A DNA stretch of 38,110 bases from Alphaproteobacteria bacterium (GTDB lineage: Bacteria > Pseudomonadota > Alphaproteobacteria > Caulobacterales > Caulobacteraceae). A program made the translations under genes and the position numbers. The notes beneath the pieces are model-generated. The model was not told where the DNA came from. It ran no database searches and saw nothing but the letters and a program-made list of their open reading frames with translations. Numbering within the stretch: position 1 is the first letter of the stretch; the number at the start of each line of letters is the position of its first letter. The stretch spans positions 1 to 38,110 of the forward strand of contig JAGWSE010000176.1 in the NCBI GenBank assembly GCA_028869395.1, read 5' to 3'. Below, in pieces: positions 10,215-20,493 of this stretch.

Positions 10215-10889
10215 TCAGGCGGCCTCTCTGATCTGCGCGTCCCTCAGGAAGCGCGCGAGCTTCTCGGTCTTGTAGTCGATGAATGTGGCCGCGGAAGCGG
10301 GCGCGTGCGGGCCCACCAGGACCGTGGTCATGCCCAGTTCGGCGGCGGGCGCCAGGTTCCGCTCGGAGTCCTCGAAGAAGGCCGTCGCGCGCGGGTCCAG
10401 GCCATGCGCGGCGTTCATCCGCTTGAAGGCGCGCGGGTCGGGCTTCGGGACGTAGTCGAACGAACCGATGTGGAAGACCTCGTCGAAGAGGTGGTCGAGG
10501 CCCAGGCGATCCAGCACGCGACGGGCGTGCACGTCGTCGGCGTTGGTGAAGATCAGCCGCCGGCCCGGCAGCCGCGCGATGGCGGCGACCAGCTCCGGAT
10601 CATGGGCCAGGCTGTCCAGCGACAGGTCGTGGAACACCGCGTGGAATTCCGCGGGATCCACCCCGTGATGCAGCATCAGGCCCGTGAGGCTGAGGCCATG
10701 GTCTCGCAGATAGTCCTTCTGCAGCCTGAAGGCGTCCTCGCGCGCCAGGCCGGTCACCTTCACCACGAAGTCGGTGATGCGCCGCTCGATGTCGCGCATG
10801 AACCCGCTTTCGACCGGGTAGAGGGTGTTGTCCAGGTCGAAGAGCCAGGTCTCCACGTGGCGAAGGTCGGGGCGCGGTTCGTCGCTCAT
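10215..10889 (-). CDS. Pyrimidine 5'-nucleotidase (HAD superfamily)
   Basis: HAD motifs [23 protein letters not shown]; conserved position between argB and dapD. Confidence 0.9.
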   Translation of the reverse strand: MSDEPRPDLRHVETWLFDLDNTLYPVESGFMRDIERRITDFVVKVTGLAREDAFRLQKDYLRDHGLSLTGLMLHHGVDPAEFHAVFHDLSLDSLAHDPELVAAIARLPGRRLIFTNADDVHARRVLDRLGLDHLFDEVFHIGSFDYVPKPDPRAFKRMNAAHGLDPRATAFFEDSERNLAPAAELGMTTVLVGPHAPASAATFIDYKTEKLARFLRDAQIREAA

Positions 10890-11809
10890 CTGCAGACGAG
10901 CGTGCCCGCCCCATGCTCGGTGAACAGTTCGACCAGCATGGCGTGCGGCTTGCGGCCGTCGAGGATGACCACGGCCTCCACGCCGGATTCGACCGCATGG
11001 ATGGCGGTCTCGAGCTTGGGGATCATGCCGCCGGTGGCGACGCCGTCGGCGATCGCCTGGCGGGCTTCCGCGACGCTCAGCTGGCGGATCAGCTCGCCGT
11101 TCTTGTCGAGCACGCCGGCCACGTCGGTCAGCAGCAGCATGCGCTTGGCCTTCAGCGCGCCGGCCAGCGCGCCCGCCACCGTGTCGGCGTTGATGTTGTA
11201 GGTCTCCCCGGTCGCCGAGACGCCGATCGGCGCGACGACGGGGATGTAGTCCTGGTCGGCGTAGATCAGGGCCTCGATCAGCTTCGGATCGATGGTCTTC
11301 GGCTCGCCCACGAACCCCAGGTCCACCATCTGCTCGACGGCGGAGCTGGGGTCCTTCTTCTTGCGCGCGACCTTCTCGACGGTGATCAGGCGCGCGTCCT
11401 TGCCCGACAGTCCCACGCCGCGCACGTCGGCCTCGGCGCCGGCTTGGGTGATCCAGTTGGCGATCTCCTTGTTGATCGCGCCGGAGAGGACCATCTCGGC
11501 CACTTCCATGGTTGCCTCGTCGGTGACCCGCAGGCCGTCCACGAAGGTGGATTTCACCCCCGCCTTGGCGAGCCAGGCGGAGATTTGCGGACCGCCGCCG
11601 TGCACCACGACGGGGTGGAGGCCCAGCATCTTCAGCAGGACGGCGTCGGCGGCGAACTGCTTGGCCACCTGCTCTTCGCCCATGGCGTGGCCGCCATACT
11701 TGATGACCACGGTCGAGCGGTCGTAGGTCTGGATGTAGGGCAGGGCCTCGGCGAGGGTGCGGGCGGTCGCCCAGCCTTGACCTTCATGGCCTTGGGTGTC
11801 GTCGCTCAC
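10886..11809 (-). CDS. argB: Acetylglutamate kinase
   Basis: [42 protein letters not shown]. Confidence 0.97.
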   Translation of the reverse strand: MSDDTQGHEGQGWATARTLAEALPYIQTYDRSTVVIKYGGHAMGEEQVAKQFAADAVLLKMLGLHPVVVHGGGPQISAWLAKAGVKSTFVDGLRVTDEATMEVAEMVLSGAINKEIANWITQAGAEADVRGVGLSGKDARLITVEKVARKKKDPSSAVEQMVDLGFVGEPKTIDPKLIEALIYADQDYIPVVAPIGVSATGETYNINADTVAGALAGALKAKRMLLLTDVAGVLDKNGELIRQLSVAEARQAIADGVATGGMIPKLETAIHAVESGVEAVVILDGRKPHAMLVELFTEHGAGTLVCR

Positions 11810-12077
11810 GGGCCGCGGTCCCTCGGAAACTTCGGAGCGCTCCGATAGCGGACGCGCCCGCCGCTGTCACCTTCATCCGACTTGGCGCGACAGCTCGGCG
11901 GCCGCCGCGTCGCCTCTGCGGCTGCGCAGGCTGAACAGGTCGCCGAGGCGGCCCGGCCCAGGGGCATCTCCTGCTCGAGGCGCGCCGAAGCGTCAACCCG
12001 GCTCCAGCTTCGGTCAACACGCCCTGGAAGAGGGCCTCACCGCACCGGGATCGACCGGCCCGGCTACGGACAGCGCT

Positions 12078-12728
12078 TCAGCCCGCGACCGCGCAGGCGG
12101 CCGCGATCTCGGCCCTCAATTCCGCGATGCCGGTCCCCTTCTCCGCCGAAGTGGCGAGCACCCGGGGGAACGCCGCGGGCCGCTTGGAAACCTGCGCCAG
12201 CGTCCTGGCGGTCACCGTCTCGACCTCGGCCGGTTTCAGCTTGTCGGCCTTGGTGAGCACGATCTGATACGAGACGGCGGCCTCGTCGAGGGCGTCCAGC
12301 GCCTCGGCGTCCACCGCCTTCAACCCGTGCCGGGCGTCGATCAGCAGATAGGCGCGCTTGAGGTTCGGCCGACCCCGAAGATAGGCGCGGCCCAGGTTCT
12401 GGAACTTGCGGGCGGTGTCGCGGCTCACCTTGGCGAAGCCGTAGCCCGGTAGGTCCACCAGCCTGAGCTTCTCGTCGGCGACGAAGAAGTTCACCTCCCG
12501 TGTTCGGCCGGGCTCGGTGGAGGCGCGCGCCAGGTGGGTGCGTCCGGCCACTGCGTTGATCAGGCTCGACTTGCCGACGTTCGAGCGGCCGGCGAAGGCG
12601 ACTTCCGGCAGGTCGGCCGCAGGCAGGTCCTCCATGCGCACCGCGCCCATCTGGAAGCGGACCTCGCGGGCGAACAGCTTCCGCGCCGCCTCCAGCGCCT
12701 CGGGTGGGAAGAGATCGGCCTCGCTCAC
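12078..12728 (-). CDS. engB: Ribosome biogenesis GTPase YihA/EngB
   Basis: G1 [10 protein letters not shown]2 PGRT, G3 DLPGYG, G4 TKADK. GTG at 12728 overlaps the yidC stop; the ORF-track start at 13121 is an over-extension. Confidence 0.95.
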   Translation of the reverse strand: MSEADLFPPEALEAARKLFAREVRFQMGAVRMEDLPAADLPEVAFAGRSNVGKSSLINAVAGRTHLARASTEPGRTREVNFFVADEKLRLVDLPGYGFAKVSRDTARKFQNLGRAYLRGRPNLKRAYLLIDARHGLKAVDAEALDALDEAAVSYQIVLTKADKLKPAEVETVTARTLAQVSKRPAAFPRVLATSAEKGTGIAELRAEIAAACAVAG

Positions 12729-14533
12729 CCCGTCGCCTTCGCACGGCCTGTCAGGCCGCGGATGATCCGGTCGATGGGATTGTCCACCTTGAAGCGGCGC
12801 ATGATCACGTACTGCTGGATGATCGCCAGGATGTTCGACCAGGTCCAGTAGAGCAGCAGGCCCACAGCGAACTGCGCCATGATGAAGGTGAACAGGATCG
12901 GCATCAGCTGGAAGATGCGCTGCTGCGTGGGGTCCGGCGCGGGCGGATTCATCGCCGTCGAGAGCCACATCGAGACGCCGTAGATCAGCGGCATGACCCC
13001 GATGTGCAGGGTCGTCGCGAAGATGCCGCCCAGCAGGGGCAGGTGCGCCGGATCCCAGGGAATGAGGCCGAACAGGTTGAAGATGGTGGTCGGGTCGCGC
13101 GCCGAGAGGTCGTGAAGCCACAGGAACGAGGCCTGCCGCATCTCGATGGTGACGGTCAGCACCTTATAGAGCGAATAGAAGACCGGGATCTGGAACAGGA
13201 TGGGAAGGCAGCCGGCAAGCGGGTTCACCTTTTCCCGCTGGTAGAGCGCCAGCATCTCCTGCTGCTGCTTGGCCGGGTCGTCCTTGTACCGCTTGCGGAT
13301 GTCCTCCACGAGCGGCTGGACCTTCTTCATCTTGGTCATCGATTCGTAGGACTTGTTCGCCAGCGGGAAGAAGACGCCGCGCACGATGACCGTCAGCACG
13401 AGGATCGACACGCCGAAGCTGCCGACGTGCGAGTAGATGTATTCCAGCAGGGTGAAGATCGGCCGGGTCAGCCAGAAGAAGTACTTGCCCCAGTCCACGG
13501 CGTCGTCGAAGCGAGGGATGCCGAGGTTCTTCTGATAGGCGCGAAGCAGGGGCACCACCTTGGCGCCGGCGAACAGGCGCGTCGTCTCGGTGGTCTGGGT
13601 TCCGGGCGCAAGCGTGCGCGGCTGGCCCACGAAGGCCGCTTCGAAGACGTTGAGGTCACCGCTCTTGGTGTCGCGGAACTCGCCGGTGACCCGCTCGGAC
13701 TGTGTCGGGATCACCGCCGCCAGCCAGTACTTGTCGGTGATGCCGAGCCAGCCGCCCTTGGACGGCAGTTGCGGCCCGCCCCCCTTCTTCGCCCAGTCCT
13801 TGTACTTGACGAGGGTCAGGGTGGGCTTGTCCACGCCGGTTGCTCCGACGCCGCCCTCGTGCACGATGGAGGAGTTGGCGGGATGCTCCGGGAAGCCCTG
13901 ATGCTGCACCGAGGCGTAGGGCGCCAGCGCGACCGGCTGTCCGGAGGCGTTCGCCACGGTGTCGGTCACCGTGAACATGAACTTGTCGTCCACCGAGATC
14001 CGGCGCGTGAAGGTCAGCCCCGCCCCGTTCGTGTAGGTCAGCACGATCGGCGAGGTCGGGGTGAGGGTCGCGCCCTGCGCCTCGGTCCACAGGGTGTCCG
14101 GCGAGGGCAGCCCCGGCACGTTCTGTCCCGTCCAGCCGAAGTCGGCGAACCAGGCGTAGGGCGCGCCGTCCGGGCGCAGCAGCTCGACGGGGGGCGAGGT
14201 CTTGTCTGGGTTCTCGCGGTACTGCGTCAGGTACAGGTCGTCGATGCGCGCCCCGCGGAGGGAAAGCGAGCCCTTCAGCGACGGCGTCAGGATCGAAACC
14301 CGCGGGCTCGCCGCCAGCGCCGCCTGACGGCTCACCGCCGCGGGCACGGCGGGACCGGGCGCCGCGCCGACGGGCGCGCCGGCCGGATGCTGCGCCTGGG
14401 CGACAGCGGCCTGATGCGCCGTCTCCGCCTGCCGGCGTTTGGCCGCAGGCTCGAGCACGAAGGTGTTGTACAGGAAGAACAACACGAGGGCGCACACGAG
14501 GAAGATGATCGTGTTGCGGGATTCTTCTTGCAT
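12725..14533 (-). CDS. yidC: Membrane protein insertase YidC
   Basis: N-terminal TM, periplasmic domain ([14 protein letters not shown]), [36 protein letters not shown]. Confidence 0.97.
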   Translation of the reverse strand: MQEESRNTIIFLVCALVLFFLYNTFVLEPAAKRRQAETAHQAAVAQAQHPAGAPVGAAPGPAVPAAVSRQAALAASPRVSILTPSLKGSLSLRGARIDDLYLTQYRENPDKTSPPVELLRPDGAPYAWFADFGWTGQNVPGLPSPDTLWTEAQGATLTPTSPIVLTYTNGAGLTFTRRISVDDKFMFTVTDTVANASGQPVALAPYASVQHQGFPEHPANSSIVHEGGVGATGVDKPTLTLVKYKDWAKKGGGPQLPSKGGWLGITDKYWLAAVIPTQSERVTGEFRDTKSGDLNVFEAAFVGQPRTLAPGTQTTETTRLFAGAKVVPLLRAYQKNLGIPRFDDAVDWGKYFFWLTRPIFTLLEYIYSHVGSFGVSILVLTVIVRGVFFPLANKSYESMTKMKKVQPLVEDIRKRYKDDPAKQQQEMLALYQREKVNPLAGCLPILFQIPVFYSLYKVLTVTIEMRQASFLWLHDLSARDPTTIFNLFGLIPWDPAHLPLLGGIFATTLHIGVMPLIYGVSMWLSTAMNPPAPDPTQQRIFQLMPILFTFIMAQFAVGLLLYWTWSNILAIIQQYVIMRRFKVDNPIDRIIRGLTGRAKATG

Positions 14534-14547
14534 CGTCGGGCGGACGC

Positions 14548-14952
14548 TCAATCGTCTTTCGAGGAAGAGGCGGCGGACGGAAGGACTTCAGGCGCCCGGC
14601 TGTCGCGTTCGGCGGCGAGCCTTATCAGCGCGCTTTTCACGTCGTCAAGCAGGCGCTCCCAGGGGCGGCCGATCGCCCCGCCTCGGGCGATGAACACATA
14701 GTCGAAGCCCGAACGGGCGAACTGCGGCAGCAGAAGTCGGGCCGCTTCGCGCATCCGGCGCTTGGCGCGGTTGCGCTCGACGGCGCCGCCGATCCGCTTT
14801 GTGGCGGTGAAGCCCGCCCGCACGACGGGCTTGTCGTCACGGGCCCGGGCCTGGACCACGACCGCGCCACGCGCGCACGACGGCGCCTTCGCGCACGCCA
14901 GGAACTCGGCGCGTTTCTTCAGCCTCTCGATGGTGAAGCCGGCGTCGGCCAT
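14548..14952 (-). CDS. rnpA: Ribonuclease P protein component
   Basis: [33 protein letters not shown] (RNR motif). Confidence 0.96.
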   Translation of the reverse strand: MADAGFTIERLKKRAEFLACAKAPSCARGAVVVQARARDDKPVVRAGFTATKRIGGAVERNRAKRRMREAARLLLPQFARSGFDYVFIARGGAIGRPWERLLDDVKSALIRLAAERDSRAPEVLPSAASSSKDD

Positions 14953-14979
14953 GCCGACACCCTACAGGCCGGCGCGGCC

Positions 14980-15114
14980 TTAGGCGCTCAGGCGCTTGCG
15001 GCCCTTGGCGCGGCGGCGGGCCAGCACCTTCTGGCCGTTCTTGGTCGACATGCGCAGGCGGAAGCCGTGACGGCGCTTACGCACGAGGCGGGACGGTTGG
15101 TAGGTCCGCTTCAC
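14980..15114 (-). CDS. rpmH: 50S ribosomal protein L34
   Basis: Too short for the ORF track; manual translation [44 protein letters not shown] (GTG start). Confidence 0.98.
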   Translation of the reverse strand: MKRTYQPSRLVRKRRHGFRLRMSTKNGQKVLARRRAKGRKRLSA

Positions 15115-15155
15115 GGGACGGCTCCGGAGGATCTCAAGAAAAAATCGAGGCGCGG

Positions 15156-15184
15156 TGGATAGTTGAAGGGGGCGGAGGTGTCAA
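15156..15184 (-). promoter_or_regulatory. sigma70 promoter of the rpmH-rnpA-yidC operon
   Basis: Minus strand TTGACA-N17-TATCCA with a perfect -35. Confidence 0.65.
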
Positions 15185-15196
15185 CCTCGGCGCCTC

Positions 15197-16177
15197 CTAC
15201 AGATCCGGCCGGATGATCGTCTTGCCGACCACCTTGCGGTCCGCCAGCGTATCGAAGGCCGCGCGCCAGTCGTCGAGGGCGAATTCCCTGTCGACGCGCG
15301 GATGCACCTTGCCCTCTTCGGCCAGCTTCCAGATCGCGTCGTGGTTCTCGCGGCCCTTCTCGGGGAACTGGCGGCCGAACTCGCCAGCGCGCACGCCAAT
15401 GACCGAGAAGCCCTTGATCAGCGCGATGTTGACCGGCAGCACCGGCAGCCGCCCGGAGGTGAAGCCGATCGACAGGATGCGGCCGCCGAATGCGATGCAG
15501 CGGATGCTCTCGTCGAACACGTCGCCGCCCACCGGGTCGTAGATCACGTCCGCGCCGCGCCCGCCGGTGATCACCTTCACCTTCTCCCGGAAACCGCCGG
15601 TGACGTTCACCACCGCATCGGGCGCATATTCCCTCTCGATCACCGCCAGCTTCTCGTCGGAGGCGGAGCCCGCGATCACCTTCGCGCCCAGCACCTTTGC
15701 GAGGTCGACGGCCGCCAGTCCGACGCCGCCCGCCGCGCCGTGCACCAGCACCCATTCGCCGGGCTCCACGCGCCCGCAGCGGACCAGGCCGACGTAGGCG
15801 GTCAGATAGGCCACCGGATAGGCCGCCGCCTGGGCGAACGAGAGCCGTTCCGGCTTCTTGCGCAGGCCCGCGGCCGGCAGGACCACGTACTCGGCGAAGC
15901 CGCCGCGCCCGCCGCCGGCCACCGCATCGCCGAGCTTCAGGGTTGTGACGCCGGGCCCTACCGCGTCCACCTCGCCGGCCATCTCCATGCCGGGCGTGAA
16001 GGGCAGCGGCGGCTTGTGCTGATGCTCGCCGCGGGTCTGCATCAGGTCGGGAAAGTTCACCGCGGCGGCGCGGACCTTCACCCGCACCTCGCCCTCGGCG
16101 GGCTCCGGCGCGGGAATCTCCTTCACGCGGCAGCCGGCGTAGTCGGGCGCGAGTTCCTCGACGACCAAAGCTCTCAT
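15197..16177 (-). CDS. NADPH:quinone oxidoreductase family (zinc-independent MDR)
   Basis: AVNFPD, PFTPGME.AG, VLVHGAAGGVG, GADVIYDPVGG, GFTSG, GKTII; start MRALVV at 16177. Confidence 0.9.
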   Translation of the reverse strand: MRALVVEELAPDYAGCRVKEIPAPEPAEGEVRVKVRAAAVNFPDLMQTRGEHQHKPPLPFTPGMEMAGEVDAVGPGVTTLKLGDAVAGGGRGGFAEYVVLPAAGLRKKPERLSFAQAAAYPVAYLTAYVGLVRCGRVEPGEWVLVHGAAGGVGLAAVDLAKVLGAKVIAGSASDEKLAVIEREYAPDAVVNVTGGFREKVKVITGGRGADVIYDPVGGDVFDESIRCIAFGGRILSIGFTSGRLPVLPVNIALIKGFSVIGVRAGEFGRQFPEKGRENHDAIWKLAEEGKVHPRVDREFALDDWRAAFDTLADRKVVGKTIIRPDL

Positions 16178-16190
16178 CTTGGCGCGCGCA

Positions 16191-17237
16191 TCAGGCGATC
16201 CGCCCTTCGAATCCCTCGCGCACCAGCCCGGCGATCTCGCGACAGGCGACATCGGCGGCAGGCACGGCGCCCGTAAAGGCGGTGAAGCCGTGGGAGAGGC
16301 CGTCGTAGCAGCGGTAGAGCACGGGTACGCCCGCGGCCTTGAGGTTCCGGGCATAGGCCTCACCCTGGTCGAGCAGCGGATCGAAGCCCGCGGTGACCAC
16401 GACGGCGGGGGCCAGCCCCGAGAGGTCCTTCTCCGCCAGCGGCGACAGTCTCGGGTCGGCGGGATTGTCCTGCGGGCCCATGTAGAGGCCCATGAACCAG
16501 TCCATCAGCGATCGGCTCAGCGGATAGGCCTCGCCGTAGGTGGTCATCGAGGCGCTCTGGCAGGCCACGTCCACCGCCGGGTAGACGAGGAGCTGCAGGG
16601 CCGGCTGCGGCTCGCCCTTGCGCTTCATCTCCTGGGCCACGATCGCGGCGAAGCCGCCGCCCATGGAATCTCCGCCCGCCGAGACCAGGCCCTTGGGGGC
16701 GCCGAATCGCTCGGTGTTGTCGCGGGCCCAGCGATAGGCGGCCAGGACATCCTCGAGCCCCGCCGGGAAGCGGTGCTCCGGCGCCAGGCGATAGTCGATC
16801 GACAGGATCGGGCCGCGGGCGCACTTGGCCAGGATGCTGCAGAAGACGTGGCTGGTCTCCAGCCCGCCGATCACGCCGCCGCCCATGTGCGCCCACACCA
16901 TCAGCGGGGCGGCGGGATCCTGGGTGTCGGCGCGGTAGGCGCGGGCCGGGATCGGCCCCCCCGGCCCCGGGATGGTCAGCGACTCGCTGCGGACGCCGGC
17001 CTCGGGCGCGCCGGTGACCAGCGCGACGCCCGCGTCGTTGGCGGCCCGCGCCTGCTCGGGCGTGAGGGTCTCCATTCGCGGCGCGCCCTTCGCCTGGGCG
17101 GCCAGAAACTGGATCCGGGGATCCAGGGTGCGCCCGCCGACGTAGACCACCCCGCCGCCCGCCATCAACCGCAGGATCGGCGCCGGCAGCTTCAGCATCG
17201 TGTGCGCGATGACGCGCTGGGCAGCGGGGCTAGCCAT
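16191..17237 (-). CDS. HSL-family alpha/beta hydrolase (esterase/lipase)
   Basis: HMGGG oxyanion segment, YRLAPEHRFPA, nucleophile GDSMGG, FDPLLD, HGF. Confidence 0.9.
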   Translation of the reverse strand: MASPAAQRVIAHTMLKLPAPILRLMAGGGVVYVGGRTLDPRIQFLAAQAKGAPRMETLTPEQARAANDAGVALVTGAPEAGVRSESLTIPGPGGPIPARAYRADTQDPAAPLMVWAHMGGGVIGGLETSHVFCSILAKCARGPILSIDYRLAPEHRFPAGLEDVLAAYRWARDNTERFGAPKGLVSAGGDSMGGGFAAIVAQEMKRKGEPQPALQLLVYPAVDVACQSASMTTYGEAYPLSRSLMDWFMGLYMGPQDNPADPRLSPLAEKDLSGLAPAVVVTAGFDPLLDQGEAYARNLKAAGVPVLYRCYDGLSHGFTAFTGAVPAADVACREIAGLVREGFEGRIA

Positions 17238-17866
17238 CACCCTTGCGCCTTCGGCAGGCCCTTGAGGCCGTTGAGGATCATGGCCGTGGCGAACTCCGCC
17301 GCGCCCCTGGTGTCGATCGGGCGGCGCTCCAGCATCTTGTCGCCGACCTCGCGGGCCACGGCGATGCAGGCGGCGGCCATGTAGTCAGGATCGGAGACGG
17401 GCCCTTTGCGTCCGGCGATCGCCTCCTGCATGGCGTCGCGCACCTCGTTGAACACCGCGGTCATCTCCGGGGTCTCGCCGCGGACGTGCAGGTGCGGCTC
17501 GTCCGGCGGACGGCTGGCTTCCCAGTTCTCGTGCTCGTCGGCCAGGAAGGCGAAGTAGGCTTCCAGCGCGCGGCGGACGAAGACCTCGAAGTCGGCATGG
17601 CTCTGGGCGCGGATGCTCTTCAGGATCGGCGCGAAGCGCCGCGCGCCGTCGTCGGCCAGGGCCGCGAACACCTCCTCCTTGGAGCGGTAGTAGTTGTAGA
17701 AGGTCCCCGCCGCGAGCTCCGTGCGCCGGATGATGTCGCGCACGGTGGCGGTTTCGTAGCCGAGTTCGGAGAACACTTCCCGCGCCGCGTCCAGGATCGC
17801 CTGGCGGTTCTGGACCTTGGTCTGCTCGCGCTTGCCGACCGGTTGGAGAAAGGCGACTTGCGACAT
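17237..17866 (-). CDS. TetR/AcrR family transcriptional regulator
   Basis: ILDAAREVFSELGYETATVRDIIRRTELAAGTFYNYYRSKEEVF HTH; ATG at 17866 preferred. Confidence 0.93.
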   Translation of the reverse strand: MSQVAFLQPVGKREQTKVQNRQAILDAAREVFSELGYETATVRDIIRRTELAAGTFYNYYRSKEEVFAALADDGARRFAPILKSIRAQSHADFEVFVRRALEAYFAFLADEHENWEASRPPDEPHLHVRGETPEMTAVFNEVRDAMQEAIAGRKGPVSDPDYMAAACIAVAREVGDKMLERRPIDTRGAAEFATAMILNGLKGLPKAQG

Positions 17867-17883
17867 GCTCAAAAGACTCAAAA

Positions 17884-17899
17884 AATGACGGGTGTCATT
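17884..17899. promoter_or_regulatory. Palindromic operator, probably TetR autoregulation
   Basis: AATGAC-GGGT-GTCATT, 18 bp upstream of the tetR ATG, overlapping the -10 of a minus-strand TTGCCG-N18-TAGAAT promoter. Confidence 0.7.
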
Positions 17900-17942
17900 C
17901 TACGGCGTAAGCTCTCCGTTCGGCAAGCGGGGACGCGGACGA

Positions 17943-18857
17943 TCACACGGTGCGCTGCGCCCGGTCCTTCTCGTTCGCCGACTTGATCGCGTTGCGGGCC
18001 TGCTCCCACTCCGCGTCGCCCCAGCTCGAGAGCCTGGAATAACCGCCGCCGCCCTGCAGGTGCGAGCCGCCGTCGATGGCGATCGTCTGGCCGTTCACGT
18101 AGGCCGACAGCGGATGCAGCAGGTAGACCGCGAGGTTCGCCAGCTCGCGCATGTCGCCATTGCGCCCGAGCGGGATCGTGGGGTCATGGGCCTCCGGCCG
18201 CGTCGAACCGCCGGGATTGAGGCGCGCCCAGGCGCCTTCGGTGGGGAAGGGCCCCGGCGCGATGGCGTTGAAGCGGACGCCGCGGTTGCCCCATTCGACG
18301 GCCAGCGACTGGGTCATCACGTTCAGTCCGGCCTTCGACATGGCCGAAGGGACGGTGAAGGGTCCGCCGTGCCAGACCCACGTGGTCAGGATGGACACGA
18401 CGGAGGCGTGCTTGCCCTCGGCCAGCCAGCGCTTGCCGGCGTCCAGCGTCACGAAGAACGAACCGCGGAAGACGATATTGGCGATGGCGTCGAAGCCGCG
18501 GGGGCTGAGGTCCTCGGTACGGCTGATGAAGTTCCCGGCCGCGTTGTTGACCAGGCCCGTCAGGGCGCCGCCGGCCCAGACCTGGTCCAGCATGTCGTGG
18601 ATGGCTTCCGGCACACGGATGTCGCAGGCGACGCCGACGCACTTGCCGCCCGCAGCCCCATGGGCGTCCATCAGCTCCTTGGCGGTGTCCTCGACCACGC
18701 CGCCGCGACGGCCGCAGATGTAGACCTCGGCGCCCAGCATGAGGCACGCCTCGGCCATCACCTTGCCGAGCCCCGTCCCGCCGCCGGTGATCAGGATGCG
18801 CTGGCCCTTCATCAGGCCCTCGCGGAACATCAGGTCGCTCATCGCGAACTCGGCCAT
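17943..18857 (-). CDS. SDR oxidoreductase, 2,4-dienoyl-CoA reductase-like
   Basis: TGGGTGLG, CDIR, NNAAGNF, SAMSKAG in place of YxxxK (as in DECR-type SDRs), NAIAPGP, IDGG. Confidence 0.85.
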   Translation of the reverse strand: MAEFAMSDLMFREGLMKGQRILITGGGTGLGKVMAEACLMLGAEVYICGRRGGVVEDTAKELMDAHGAAGGKCVGVACDIRVPEAIHDMLDQVWAGGALTGLVNNAAGNFISRTEDLSPRGFDAIANIVFRGSFFVTLDAGKRWLAEGKHASVVSILTTWVWHGGPFTVPSAMSKAGLNVMTQSLAVEWGNRGVRFNAIAPGPFPTEGAWARLNPGGSTRPEAHDPTIPLGRNGDMRELANLAVYLLHPLSAYVNGQTIAIDGGSHLQGGGGYSRLSSWGDAEWEQARNAIKSANEKDRAQRTV

Positions 18858-18916
18858 CGGACATCCTCCCGTCTGTCTCTTCTCTGCGGTCATCGGGCGG
18901 CCCTTCCGCCGCGTCG

Positions 18917-18959
18917 GTCAAGGCTCTTGACGGCGCGCCGCCGGCCACGTGGGTTAGCG
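18917..18959. promoter_or_regulatory. Back-to-back divergent -35 elements or palindrome
   Basis: GTCAAG-GCT-CTTGAC (18917-18931) gives TTGAC on both strands between the divergent SDR and phosphatase genes; the phosphatase ATG has no SD. Confidence 0.45.
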
Positions 18960-18961
18960 CC

Positions 18962-19555
18962 ATGGAACTGCTCCTGATCAGACACGGCCTGCCCGAGCGA
19001 AGCGCCGAGACCGACGACCCGCCGCTGTCCGCCGAGGGCCACGACCAGGCGCGCCGCGTGGCGCGCTGGCTCGCCGAGGAGCGGATCGACGCGGTTTACG
19101 CCAGCCCTATGCAGCGCGCCGTGCAGACGGCAGAGCCGTTCGTGGCCGCCGCCGGTCACGATCTGAAGCTGCATGAGGGGGTCGTCGAATACGATCGCGG
19201 CTCAGGCGCCTACACGCCCCTGGAGGTGCTCAAGCGCGAGGATTACGAGGCCTGGAAGGCTTTCGTCGCGGGCGGGCAGGGGGCCGACATCGCCCTGTTC
19301 CAGCGCACTGTCGTCCCAGCCCTTGAAGAGATTGTCGCGGCGAACTCCGGCGGGCGCGTCGCCGTCTTCTGCCATGGCGGCGTGATCAACGTCTGGACGG
19401 CGCACGTGCTCGGCATGTCGCCCCGGCTGTTCTTCGAGCCGGGCTACGCCAGCGTGCATCGCTATCTCTGCGCCCGGTCCGGCGAGCGCAACGTCGTGGC
19501 CCTCAACGAGCGGGCCCACCTGCGTGCGGACTGGCCGGCGCCGGCGCAGGCCTAG
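18962..19555 (+). CDS. Histidine phosphatase (phosphoglycerate mutase) family protein
   Basis: LIRHG, LSAEG, ASPMQRAVQTA, VFCHGGVI. Confidence 0.92.
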   Translation: MELLLIRHGLPERSAETDDPPLSAEGHDQARRVARWLAEERIDAVYASPMQRAVQTAEPFVAAAGHDLKLHEGVVEYDRGSGAYTPLEVLKREDYEAWKAFVAGGQGADIALFQRTVVPALEEIVAANSGGRVAVFCHGGVINVWTAHVLGMSPRLFFEPGYASVHRYLCARSGERNVVALNERAHLRADWPAPAQA

Positions 19556-20493
19556 TTGTCGTTTCCAAGAAGGTTGTTCACACGCTGCCATGGTGTGAGG
19601 CCGCCGATTCCGGCGTGGGGCCGGGCGAGGTTGTAGGCGTCGGTCCAGGCGCTGGCGGCGGCGGTACGAGCGGCTGAGGAGTGGTATGGCCTGGCGTAGG
19701 CCCATTCGCGCAGACTGCTTTGGATGAAGCGCTCGGCCTTGCCGTTGGTGCGGGGCGTATAGGGCCTGGTGCGCACGTGGCGGAGGCCGGCGGCGGTCAG
19801 GAGCTGGGCGAAGCGCTTCGAGCGGTAGGCCGAGCCGTTGTCTGTCATCACGCGCTCGACGGTGACGCCGTGGCGTTCGAGCCATGCGAGCGCCCGGGCC
19901 AGGAAGGCGGTGGTGTCCTCCTGGCCTTCCGACGGCAGGATCTCGGTGTAGGCCAGCCGAGAGGCGTCATCGACGCAGACGTGCAGGAAGTCCCAGCCGC
20001 GGCCCAGATTGTGTGTCCCGGGGCCTCGGCCGCCGAAGCGGTGGCCGACGCCATCGATGCGGCCGAGCTTCTTGATGTCGAGATGGATCATCTCTCCGGG
20101 CCGCTCGCGCTCGTAGCGCACGACCGGCGGCTTCGACTCGAGCTGTTTCAGCTTGCCCATTCCCAGCCGGCGCAGCGCCAGGCCCACCGTCGAGCGCGCC
20201 ATGCCAAGCGCGCGGGCGATCGCCGGTCCAGTCATCCGCCCGCGCCGCAGCTGTTCGATCTGCGCGAGCCGCCGGGCTGAGATCCTGCGCGGACATCGTC
20301 TGGGCGCCGAGCTGCGATCGTGAAGTCTCCGCTCGCCGCCCAGCCGATGCCGAGCCAACCAACGGTGCGCGGTCCGCGCCGAAACACCCGACGCCGCCGC
20401 GGCTCGCTTGACCGACCAGCCATCCTCCTCGATGCGACGGATCATCACCGCTCGACCCAACGGCGTCAGCCGGGCATTCTTGTGGACGTTCAT
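19552..20493 (-). CDS. IS481 family DDE transposase
   Basis: MNVHKNARLTP N-terminus; HLDIKK, VDDASR, VMTDNG, PRTNGKAERF (D-D-E intact); stop codon lies outside the IR, in the duplicated CTAG. Confidence 0.96.
   Translation of the reverse strand: MNVHKNARLTPLGRAVMIRRIEEDGWSVKRAAAASGVSARTAHRWLARHRLGGERRLHDRSSAPRRCPRRISARRLAQIEQLRRGRMTGPAIARALGMARSTVGLALRRLGMGKLKQLESKPPVVRYERERPGEMIHLDIKKLGRIDGVGHRFGGRGPGTHNLGRGWDFLHVCVDDASRLAYTEILPSEGQEDTTAFLARALAWLERHGVTVERVMTDNGSAYRSKRFAQLLTAAGLRHVRTRPYTPRTNGKAERFIQSSLREWAYARPYHSSAARTAAASAWTDAYNLARPHAGIGGLTPWQRVNNLLGNDN

Noticed and set aside
14533-14548. No yidD between rnpA and yidC
   Set aside because: yidD is often located elsewhere in Alphaproteobacteria; not informative from this window.
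15153-15162. DnaA-box-like CTATCCACC near rpmH (also CTATCCACG at 33497-33505), hinting at oriC
   Set aside because: Single 7/9 matches that coincide with predicted -10 elements; no dnaA, no box cluster and no AT-rich unwinding region.
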